Assembly (NCBI GenBank): GCA_016188915.1
Contig: JACPGU010000002.1
Location: 11,388 to 75,387 of the forward strand
Source of the DNA: Candidatus Microgenomates bacterium
GTDB lineage: Bacteria; Patescibacteriota; JACPGU01
Length of the DNA: 64,000 nt
Direction: 5' to 3'
The notes beneath the pieces were generated by a model, which was not told where the DNA came from, did not search any database, and saw nothing but the letters and a program-made list of their open reading frames with translations. Position numbers and translations under genes: made by a program. Shown here piece by piece: positions 38,697 through 46,983 of this stretch (positions are counted from its first letter, which is position 1; each line of letters starts with the position of its first letter).

Positions 38697-40058
38697 TTAA
38701 TTTTTTATTTTCTTATCTTTCTCCCTCATATACGGGAAAAACATTATTTCTCGCAAAGTTTCACTATCGGTGAGAAGTTTGACGAGACGATCCACGCCCA
38801 TGCCCCAACCGGCGGTTGGTGGCATACCGTACTCCAGCGCTTCAATATAATTATTATCTACTTGGTGCGCCTCTTTATCTCCTTTTTTCCTATTTTTGTC
38901 TTGCTCTTCAAATCTAGCCAATTGGTCTGCCGGATCATTAAGCTCGCTATAAGCTTTTACCAATTCCTGGCCCGCGACAATCAGCTGAAAGCTTTGCACT
39001 GTCTTGCCGTCTTTGTTTTTCTTGGCCAGTGGCAAAAGTTCCGTAGGATGATCGATCACAAAAGTCGGCTGTATTAATTTTTTTATTCCGTTTTTGAATG
39101 CTTCGTCAGATTTTTTGCCACCCGTCACTTGCGCAAAAGTTTTCCGAGCAAAAGGTTTTTTGAATATAATTTTTTTCCCGCCTGCCGTAATGTAATTTTT
39201 GCCAAAAACATCTTTGGCCAATCTTATGAGCATTTCTTCTGTCAATTTCATTAAGTTTTCATAGTCAGCGTAAGCCCAGTAAAATTCTAGAATGGTAAAT
39301 TCCGGATTGTGATTGGCGTCCACTCCTTCGTTGCGAAAGGCCTTCCCGATTTCATACACTTTTTCAAAACCACCGATAATCAATCGCTTCAAATAAAGTT
39401 CCGGCGCGATGCGCAAATAAACATCAGCGTCGTAAGCATTGTAGCGAGTCTTGAAGGGCTCCGCGATAGCTCCTCCGGCCATCGGCTGGATGATGGGCGT
39501 ATCTACCTCTAGAAATCCTTTATCTTCAAGAAAGCCAGTCAAAGATTTGATGATTTTGTTTCTGGTAATGAATTTTTCCTTGGCTTCTTTGTTGAAAATA
39601 AGGTCTAGATGGCGACGGCGATAACGTTCTTCGGTATCGGTAATGCCGTGCCATTTGTCGGGCAAGGGGAGGAGAGATTTGGTTAATATCTCAAACTTTT
39701 TCACCAAAATAGTCTTCTCTCCTGCCTTGGTCTTGAAGGTCTCGCCTTCTACGCCAATGAAGTCCCCGAGATCGAAATTTTTGATGAAAAATTTGTATTG
39801 TTCTTTGCCAATTTCCTTTTCGTTGAAAGCGATTTGGATTCTGCCCGCCCCGTCTTGAATGTGAGCGAAACAAATCCGCCCGAGATCGCGAATGAGCATC
39901 AGTCTCCCCGCCACTCGCACCTTCTTGGCGCCCATTTTCAATTTCAAAGCCTCCGCGCTGGTGTGCGTTCGGTCAAATTTCGCCGGATAGGAGTTCACCC
40001 CCATTTTCTTCAAATTTTCCAGCTTTTCTAGGCGAATTTTTTTGAAATCTTGCTCCAT
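38697..40058 (-). CDS. lysS: Lysine--tRNA ligase (class II)
   Basis: OB fold, YLRIAPELYLKRL, FRNEG...HNPEF, YGMPPTAGWGMGVDRL; start taken at MEQDF. Confidence 0.97.
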   Translation of the reverse strand: MEQDFKKIRLEKLENLKKMGVNSYPAKFDRTHTSAEALKLKMGAKKVRVAGRLMLIRDLGRICFAHIQDGAGRIQIAFNEKEIGKEQYKFFIKNFDLGDFIGVEGETFKTKAGEKTILVKKFEILTKSLLPLPDKWHGITDTEERYRRRHLDLIFNKEAKEKFITRNKIIKSLTGFLEDKGFLEVDTPIIQPMAGGAIAEPFKTRYNAYDADVYLRIAPELYLKRLIIGGFEKVYEIGKAFRNEGVDANHNPEFTILEFYWAYADYENLMKLTEEMLIRLAKDVFGKNYITAGGKKIIFKKPFARKTFAQVTGGKKSDEAFKNGIKKLIQPTFVIDHPTELLPLAKKNKDGKTVQSFQLIVAGQELVKAYSELNDPADQLARFEEQDKNRKKGDKEAHQVDNNYIEALEYGMPPTAGWGMGVDRLVKLLTDSETLREIMFFPYMREKDKKIKN

Positions 40059-40109
40059 ATCAGTAAGTATAGCATAGAAAAAAAATGAGCGGAAGATAGG
40101 CCTTTCTTC

Positions 40110-40138
40110 GTAGAGACGTTGCAATGCAACGTCTCTAC
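40110..40138. repeat. GTAG-type REP palindrome (intergenic)
   Basis: GTAGAGACGTTGCA-A-TGCAACGTCTCTAC. Confidence 0.92.
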
Positions 40139-40172
40139 AGATTTCCATTAATTTCGCGCGAAGCGCTAATTT

Positions 40173-41036
40173 CTACAAATTTCGTAGTAATTTGATAGCA
40201 TTCTCGGTCGTCACCCTCTCTACCTCTTCTATCGTAACATCTTTCAGTTCGGCAATCTTGGTAGTGATTAAGGGCAGATATCCGGGCTGGTTTCGCTCCC
40301 CTCGATGGGGTACGGGGGCGAGAAAGGGGCAGTCGGTTTCTAGCAAGATCCGCTCCAGTGGAATTTCTCGCACCACCTGCATTATCCCCTCGTCATAAGT
40401 AACCAATCCCCCAATACCGAAATAAAATCCGAGGTCAACGATTTTCTGAATCCTCTTCTTCCCGCCGGTATAGCAATGGAAAACACCTCTTAATTTCAGA
40501 TTGCAGATTTCAGATTGCAGATTGTCGGAAGAAAAAATCTCCAATACTTCGTCGTAGGTCTTGTTGACATGAAGCAACAAAGGAAGCTTGTATTTGATTG
40601 CCAAATCTATTTGGGAAAGAAAAATTTTCCTTTGTTCGTCATGACTAAGCGGATTGGTATCATTATTCATTCGGTTCCCATTCGTCATATTCGTGTGTAG
40701 ATTCGTGTCATTCGTGTCGCCAGAAAAATCTAACCCGCACTCTCCCACCGCCACTATGTTCTCGCGGTTTTTGCCAATTAGCTCATCCAAACCACTTAAT
40801 TGCTCATCAATACTCAAACTTGAATCTGCCCCCTCGTTATGCGGATGGATGCCGACGGCAGGATATATCACGCCCGGAAATTTCCGTGCCATTTCGAGAT
40901 TTAACCGGCTATCCGTTAGTGATGTCCCCGCGCAAATGATTTTTTTTACATTTTTCTCTATCGCAAAACTAACGATTGATTCATAGTCGTCTTGGTAAAA
41001 AGTTTCATTGATATGCGCATGGGTATCTACAAGCAC
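40173..41036 (-). CDS. tatD: TatD-family deoxyribonuclease
   Basis: DTHAH, GIHPH, GECGLD, HCYTG and ETDCP motifs; GTG start inferred. Confidence 0.93.
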   Translation of the reverse strand: MLVDTHAHINETFYQDDYESIVSFAIEKNVKKIICAGTSLTDSRLNLEMARKFPGVIYPAVGIHPHNEGADSSLSIDEQLSGLDELIGKNRENIVAVGECGLDFSGDTNDTNLHTNMTNGNRMNNDTNPLSHDEQRKIFLSQIDLAIKYKLPLLLHVNKTYDEVLEIFSSDNLQSEICNLKLRGVFHCYTGGKKRIQKIVDLGFYFGIGGLVTYDEGIMQVVREIPLERILLETDCPFLAPVPHRGERNQPGYLPLITTKIAELKDVTIEEVERVTTENAIKLLRNL

Positions 41037-41043
41037 TATTCTT

Positions 41044-41898
41044 CTATTTAACAAATAAAGAGATAACAACACAAACCAAGACCACTGCCAGGCCTATAAT
41101 ATTTCTGATGCGAATCTTTTTCTCTTTTAAGAAAAAATGCGAATACATAATAGCAAGAAATGGTGTCGGCATCAGTATCAGCGAAGTATAGACCACGCCA
41201 AAGATTTGGTAGCTGTAATAAAAAGCCATCATGCCCGCTACCCAGAGGAAGCTGACAATCATGAGCTTCCAAAGATCCCGACCTGCCCCTTTTTTCACTA
41301 TCGGCCGGAAAAAAATGAAAAGAACGGCAAATATTAAGGCTGTCCTCACGCCATAGAGAGCCAGTGGAGAATAAGCGGTCAAGAGCTCTTTGGCTAGATT
41401 GTTTTCCAAAGCTTCGAGCAGTACCGCCGCTACTATCGGCACCAGTCCACGATCCAGGACAAAATGCTTTTTCTCTATATGCGTCAGAACCAAAGCCAAA
41501 GCGGCGACAATAGCCAAGATAAAAATAAAGAGATTTCTTTCATCGGGATAGACAATGCCGGCAAAAAGAATGGTCAAGAGTGGCACAAAGGCCATAAATG
41601 GTTCTATCTCTGAAATCCCTTCGCGAATCAATCCGTAATAAAACAAAGCGTTACGAATACTGGCGATGATAGCGACCGCCAAGATAATAATCAGCATCAC
41701 ACTGCTATACGCCACTTGATTGATAGACCACAGATTTGGCCAAAGAAAACCGAAAAGAACCGTTACCAAAAAAACAAACAAAAAACCATAGGCGAGATAC
41801 GCCCGGTAAGATGCTTTGTTGCGAGAAAAAATCTTTTTGTCAAAATTGATTCCCAGAACACTCAAGATCATCGCAGCGATAGGATAAAGAATTGGCAT
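41044..41898 (-). CDS. DMT/EamA-family transporter
   Basis: About 10 TM helices in two repeated halves ending ...PDER / FLKEK. Confidence 0.8.
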   Translation of the reverse strand: MPILYPIAAMILSVLGINFDKKIFSRNKASYRAYLAYGFLFVFLVTVLFGFLWPNLWSINQVAYSSVMLIIILAVAIIASIRNALFYYGLIREGISEIEPFMAFVPLLTILFAGIVYPDERNLFIFILAIVAALALVLTHIEKKHFVLDRGLVPIVAAVLLEALENNLAKELLTAYSPLALYGVRTALIFAVLFIFFRPIVKKGAGRDLWKLMIVSFLWVAGMMAFYYSYQIFGVVYTSLILMPTPFLAIMYSHFFLKEKKIRIRNIIGLAVVLVCVVISLFVK

Positions 41899-41968
41899 GA
41901 ATAGCAATGTTAGATTGTCGTATTGTTATATTGTTAAAAAGATAGAAACCTCAAACCGTCTCCGACAA

Positions 41969-42005
41969 GAGGTCGTTCCTCCGGCTCTGCTGGAGGTGCG
42001 ACCTC
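41969..42005. repeat. AGGTCG-family REP-like palindrome
   Basis: GAGGTCG-TT-CCTCC...GGAGG-TG-CGACCTC. Confidence 0.85.
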
Positions 42006-42058
42006 AAATTTCGCGCCATCTTGTAGAAGCCACAGAACTATCGACCGGCCAGCATTTC

Positions 42059-43474
42059 TTATTTCTTCGGAAACAGCGGTTCCGCTTTCACTATCTTTTC
42101 TTGTTTGAAAATACTGAGAATTTTTTCTGATATCTCTGGAATGAAAGGCAATAGCTTACCGGCGATATCTTTGATCGCGACTAGACAAATGCCAATGATT
42201 TCCTCTAATTTTTCTTTATCATCTTTGATCGCCCATGGCTCTTCTTTTGCGATGAAATTGTTACATGCTTCTATCTTCTTTGCGACCACTTCCAGCGCTT
42301 TGTCTAGTCGCAGTTCGGTAAAACATTTGTCGTACTCCTCCGAGATATTTTCCAAATCCTGATATTTTTCAGAAAACGCTATATTATTTTTTTCCGCCAG
42401 ATTCGTCACGCGACTGACAAGATTGCCGAGGCCATTAGCTAATTCATTATAACGAATATCAAATCTTTCCCATGTAAAATCGCCGTCTTCGGTAGTTGGG
42501 ATTTCACGAAGGAGGAAATAACGCAGAGCATCCACGCCGTAGCGACCGAGCGCCTCATCAACATCAATGGTATTGCCCAAGGTTTTACTCATCTTTTTCC
42601 CACCGGAGATAATATGCCCGTGCACCAAAATACCTTTCGATGGTTCGATATCAGCTGACAGCAACATCGCCGGCCAATAAATAGCGTGAAATCTCGTGAT
42701 GTCTTTGCCGATGACATGCAGATCGGCCGGCCAATATTTCCTGAACTTTTCTTCATCGGAAAAAGCTCCGACTCCGGAAAGATAATTCGCGAGCGCGTCA
42801 AACCATACATACATTACTTGCGTCGAATCATCCGGCACCTCTATCCCCCAGGTCAGCTTTTCCTTTGGTCGAGAGACGGAAAAGTCCTCTAGTTCGTTCA
42901 AGATATTCAAAACTTCTTTTTTGCGATGCTCCGGATAGATTTTGAGATTCCCATTCGTAATCAATTCGCGTATTTTGTCTTTGTAGTTCGCGAGCTTGAA
43001 GAACCAATTTTCTTCCTCCACCGCATCGGGCGCTCTATCGTGATCCGGACATTTACCACTAACCAAATCGCTTTCTTTTTTGAAGCTCTCGCATTCGGTG
43101 CAGTAAAGTCCTTGATATTTTTTCAAATACAAATCGCCTTTGCTCTTGCATCTCTCCCATATTTTTTTCACCACTTCAATATGGTCAGGATCGGTCGTGC
43201 GAATGAAACGATCAAAAGAAAGGTTGAATCTTTCTTTCATAGCGACAAATTCCTTCACATTCCGGTCAACCAGCTCTTGCGGAGTGATGCCTTCTTTTTC
43301 CGCCATCTGTTGCATCTTAAAGCCGTGCTCATCAGAACCAGTCAAAAAAAATACTTCCTCGCCTTTTTCGCGATGATAGCGCGCAATGGTATCGGCCACA
43401 ATCTTTTCAAAAACATGCCCGATATGCGGTCGCCCGTTAAGATAGTCAATGGCAGTAGTGATGTAGAATTTCAT
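42059..43474 (-). CDS. metG: Methionine--tRNA ligase
   Basis: YITTAIDY, HIGH, YVWFDAL, GKDI and KMSKT motifs. Confidence 0.97.
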   Translation of the reverse strand: MKFYITTAIDYLNGRPHIGHVFEKIVADTIARYHREKGEEVFFLTGSDEHGFKMQQMAEKEGITPQELVDRNVKEFVAMKERFNLSFDRFIRTTDPDHIEVVKKIWERCKSKGDLYLKKYQGLYCTECESFKKESDLVSGKCPDHDRAPDAVEEENWFFKLANYKDKIRELITNGNLKIYPEHRKKEVLNILNELEDFSVSRPKEKLTWGIEVPDDSTQVMYVWFDALANYLSGVGAFSDEEKFRKYWPADLHVIGKDITRFHAIYWPAMLLSADIEPSKGILVHGHIISGGKKMSKTLGNTIDVDEALGRYGVDALRYFLLREIPTTEDGDFTWERFDIRYNELANGLGNLVSRVTNLAEKNNIAFSEKYQDLENISEEYDKCFTELRLDKALEVVAKKIEACNNFIAKEEPWAIKDDKEKLEEIIGICLVAIKDIAGKLLPFIPEISEKILSIFKQEKIVKAEPLFPKK

Positions 43475-43544
43475 TTTTGTAACACTTAAAATTTATACAA
43501 AAAAAACAAAAATGCCCCGAGTACCCCCGAGAGGGAAACTATAT

Positions 43545-43725
43545 TAGGACTTACGCACTTGACCTTATCATCTAGTCACCGTACACCGTCAGGTAATTTC
43601 TAATGGTTGTTGCGTATTTTGATGTCCGACGTCCCTGCCCGCATTGCTATGCAAAGCGTTGCAGGCGGGTGGGCATCCTTTGACGTCGGACATCTTTGCG
43701 AAAAAGGCCAGATGCGTAAGTCCTA
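43545..43725. mobile_element. MITE (non-autonomous, 181 bp)
   Basis: Terminal inverted repeats TAGGACTTACGCA (13/13, extending to 22 bp with 3 mismatches), TATAT on both flanks, internal hairpins, no transposase. Confidence 0.8.
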
Positions 43726-43834
43726 TATATATTAGTATAAATGAAAAAACACTCCAAAACAAGTAGCGACAGAGCAAAAGAAAGAACCCGCGATTTTACT
43801 CGCGGGCTTTTGTTTGTGCTGCCATCCGGAAAAA

Positions 43835-44668
43835 CTAGAATGCGACGACCACGCTTGCTAGCAAACGATTATTCATTGGACTCGCTTCGTAGTCCAAAAT
43901 CGCGAAGCTTTCCTCCTCTTTGAATCGTAGCCCAATAGTATTGATCGTGCTGATATGTTGGGTAAAGTCGGTTTGAAAATGGAGACTAAATCTTTTTCCG
44001 AAAGATTTCTCAGTAAAAACATAGCCACCACTTTTCTTCTTCCCATTGTCGCTTCGCAGATAGAAAGCTCCCCGTGTTATAATTCCGAGATTTGCATCCT
44101 GCCTTTCTCCGCTCACAAGGATTTGCGAATTGTGGTTATCATCGTAGCGGAGAATGGTGCTAACAGACTTCCCGGGGTCTTCCCTTGCCAGTCTCAAACT
44201 GACTTGAGAATATCCGAGATTATCCTGAATTGCTGTTCCGTTCGGAGATCCGCTGACCTCCAGTATGGCCGAAGAATCAGCAGAAAGTTTTTCCGTCACC
44301 TGGAGTCCGTTACCGTAGAATCCGCCAGAAATTCTTGGCCATGAGACTGTGTAAAGATTCTGCGGTGCGGGCAGGCTGTAGCCCTCCAGCAACGGGATCC
44401 GTCCGATGGTGATTCTTCCACGTGACACAAACGCGAGCTTCAACCAGTCTTCACTGTCGAGATTGTATCGATTCGGCTCGATGCGGACGAAGTAATAAGT
44501 GCCCGTTGCTGTCAGTACGAATAAGTTGAACCGCATCTGCGAGATGCTGGTTTTGCCAGAACCTCCAAGATAATCAGTCCGAACAACTCCCGATAAAGTC
44601 GTCTGGGCTGTTGCTCTCATTGTCGTGTTCAAAACGATAAGCACCGATAGAAAAACGATTTTCTTCAT
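43835..44668 (-). CDS. Secreted protein with beta-barrel/porin-like features
   Basis: Signal peptide ending ATA-Q, alternating amphipathic strands, C-terminal Phe, strong SD. Confidence 0.7.
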   Translation of the reverse strand: MKKIVFLSVLIVLNTTMRATAQTTLSGVVRTDYLGGSGKTSISQMRFNLFVLTATGTYYFVRIEPNRYNLDSEDWLKLAFVSRGRITIGRIPLLEGYSLPAPQNLYTVSWPRISGGFYGNGLQVTEKLSADSSAILEVSGSPNGTAIQDNLGYSQVSLRLAREDPGKSVSTILRYDDNHNSQILVSGERQDANLGIITRGAFYLRSDNGKKKSGGYVFTEKSFGKRFSLHFQTDFTQHISTINTIGLRFKEEESFAILDYEASPMNNRLLASVVVAF

Positions 44669-44922
44669 GTCTTTCCTTCCCCTCCCTTCATTGACTCCTT
44701 AATCTCTCTTTGAATCTCTTTCTTTTCTTCTTTACTTAATCCCAGCACTTCCTCCATAGTGCTTAATCTTGCATCAGTTCTAACTAGGCGCCCATGGTCG
44801 TCTCCTCCGTAGGTCATAAAATCACTATGGCCATACTTTTGCTTCATTGCTTCGGACATCTCAAAATACTCTCTTAGGAGATTTTTGTATTTTAGAAGTC
44901 CTTCCTCTATCGAGCTAATCAT
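44665..44922 (-). CDS. Hypothetical protein
   Basis: 85 aa with SD; 4-bp overlap with the downstream gene. Confidence 0.7.
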   Translation of the reverse strand: MISSIEEGLLKYKNLLREYFEMSEAMKQKYGHSDFMTYGGDDHGRLVRTDARLSTMEEVLGLSKEEKKEIQREIKESMKGGEGKT

Positions 44923-45117
44923 CGGTATCTCTCCCTTCCTAGGATTTACTTCCGTACGGTGATGAAAACAACAGATCCCACCCTATCGTGGACGATAAAG
45001 CTGAATCCAATCTCCTTAAGCACTGCGACAACCTCGCCCTCCTTCATGCTCTATCGCGAAACACAGCATTGGTTTTTATTTCTCAATTTTCCAGGTACGC
45101 TTTGCGTAGCTATGGCC

Positions 45118-45146
45118 ATATTAACACACTTTTCAGAACCTGTCAA
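45118..45146 (-). promoter_or_regulatory. Sigma70 promoter for the 44922/44668 operon
   Basis: TTGACA-17 bp-TAATAT with extended TG on the minus strand. Confidence 0.7.
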
Positions 45147-45260
45147 CTATTTCCGACGACAACTTTCCGTTATCCCAAAAACATACTATTCCCAACCACC
45201 TGTTGTATGAAAATATTTATATTTGTGCTATATTAAAAATAAGAGAAGTCATATCTTTAT

Positions 45261-46007
45261 ATGTCGCAAAAGGATATCTTGTCAAAATTAGAACAGCTCC
45301 ACCTTTCCCCCAATGAGGCCGAGGCCTACCTAGCGCTTCTAGAAATCGGGCAAACATCAGCGGGGGCTATTATCAAAAAAACAAAGCTACACCGTAGCGT
45401 TGTTTATGAGACATTAGAGAAGCTAATAGACAAGAAATTAGTTTTTAAATTGACGAAAAAAAAGATTGCCTATTTTCAGACCACCGCTCCAACCAAGATT
45501 TTGGATCACGCCAAATCACAGCAGAGAATTGCCGAGAAGCTCCTACCGCAATTAAAAAAAATGGCCAAAGAGGGGCTACCCGAAATCAATGTTTATGAAG
45601 GAGTGGAGGCCTATCGTCAATTCTGGATAGACGCCTATAGTAATCTACCGATTGGCACCGTAGATTATGTTGCGGGATCAATAAGCAAAAAGTGGATTGA
45701 CTATATGGGAGGCGATCAAGAAATCATCAATAGGATACGAACCAAAAGAAAGATCAAGTGGGTGGCGATTTGTTTCGAAAAAAATCCCGTAGAGGTAGCG
45801 CTGATGCGATCATGCCCAGCTCTCAATGAGTACCGGCTCATCAAAAAAAATGTAGGAAAATATGGAAATTTCAATATCTTTGGCGATCATACCCTGATAC
45901 TGCATTCTGCTGTTGAGCCAATGATTATTAAGATAAAAAACAAAACATTGGTAAAAGTTTTTGAAAATATCTTTAGTATATTGTGGGAAATTGGGAAAAA
46001 GTTCTAG
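45261..46007 (+). CDS. TrmB-family transcriptional regulator
   Basis: L..L.LS.NEA..YLALLE.G...A..I...T.LHRS.VY..LE.L..K.LV winged HTH; YEG.E..R C-terminal domain. Confidence 0.88.
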   Translation: MSQKDILSKLEQLHLSPNEAEAYLALLEIGQTSAGAIIKKTKLHRSVVYETLEKLIDKKLVFKLTKKKIAYFQTTAPTKILDHAKSQQRIAEKLLPQLKKMAKEGLPEINVYEGVEAYRQFWIDAYSNLPIGTVDYVAGSISKKWIDYMGGDQEIINRIRTKRKIKWVAICFEKNPVEVALMRSCPALNEYRLIKKNVGKYGNFNIFGDHTLILHSAVEPMIIKIKNKTLVKVFENIFSILWEIGKKF

Positions 46008-46196
46008 AACCCCTTCATTATTTCTAAGTATTACCATTCGCGACCACCTCCCTAATCATAATACGAGAGAGATATTTCGGAAATTGTGGGAGAAGACCAA
46101 AGAATAATATGCATCAAATTTTTAAGGAGAGACCTTAAGAATTTTCCCAAGGTCTCGCCTTGGTAAATTATTCCCGTTTTATAGTTTCTTAATTTC

Positions 46197-46910
46197 TTAC
46201 TTTCTTAATTTCTTATTAATCGCCACCACAAACTCGCCTTTCTGCTTCTTTTTGCCAAAATACTCTGAAAGCTCCGAGAGCGTACCTCTTTTGATCTCTT
46301 CAAATATTTTGGTTAGTTCTCTACCCACCACTGCTTCGCGATCGCCTAGAAAATTCTCTAGCTCTTTCAATGTTTTGACGATGCGATGAGGCGACTCAAA
46401 AAAAATGATTGTTCGATTTTCTTTTTTCAAAGATTGCAACAAGGTTTGTCTGCCTTTTTTCTTGGGCAAAAATCCGAGAAAGAGGAATTGGTCGGTCGGA
46501 AAACCGCAGACAGAAAGGATAGAGGTGAGAGATGAGGCACCTGGGATAGGCACGATGTTAGTCCCGAGGAGAGACCTCGGGGAATCCCCCGAGGTCTCTC
46601 CTCGGGAAGATTCTGTGTAGATTTTCTCGATTAAGCGATTCCCCGGATCGGCTATCCCCGGTGTTCCCGCGTCGGTCACGAGCGCGAGATTTTTCCCATT
46701 TTGCAAAAGCTTTAAGATCTCTTCTTCGCGCGAGTTTTTGGAATGTTCGTGATAGGAGATGAGCGGGATCTTGATATTGTATTTGTCCAAAAGTTTTTTT
46801 GTCACTCTGGTATCTTCCGCCAAAACAAAATCCACGCTTTTCAATACCTCCAAAGCGCGTAGTGTGACATCGCCTAAATTGCCAATGGGAGTGCCTACTA
46901 TATAGAGCAT
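46197..46910 (-). CDS. rsmI: 16S rRNA C1402 2'-O-methyltransferase RsmI
   Basis: LYIVGTPIGNL, AEDTR, DAGTPGIADPG, FESPHR and RELTK motifs. Confidence 0.96.
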   Translation of the reverse strand: MLYIVGTPIGNLGDVTLRALEVLKSVDFVLAEDTRVTKKLLDKYNIKIPLISYHEHSKNSREEEILKLLQNGKNLALVTDAGTPGIADPGNRLIEKIYTESSRGETSGDSPRSLLGTNIVPIPGASSLTSILSVCGFPTDQFLFLGFLPKKKGRQTLLQSLKKENRTIIFFESPHRIVKTLKELENFLGDREAVVGRELTKIFEEIKRGTLSELSEYFGKKKQKGEFVVAINKKLRK

Positions 46911-46983
46911 AAGAAATTAAGAAATTAAGAAATTAACAGCTCAAGAGTTTTTCTGGTTTTTTATTTTTTATTTTCTTATCCCA

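Noticed and set aside
40059..40148. N-terminal extension of LysS given by the ORF track
   Set aside because: Reads through an intergenic REP; the homologous sequence starts at MEQDF. The serS, nrdR, tatD and DUF1385 starts were trimmed for similar reasons.
43589..43777. 62-aa ORF containing PACNALHSNAGR
   Set aside because: Translation of the MITE and its nested palindrome.
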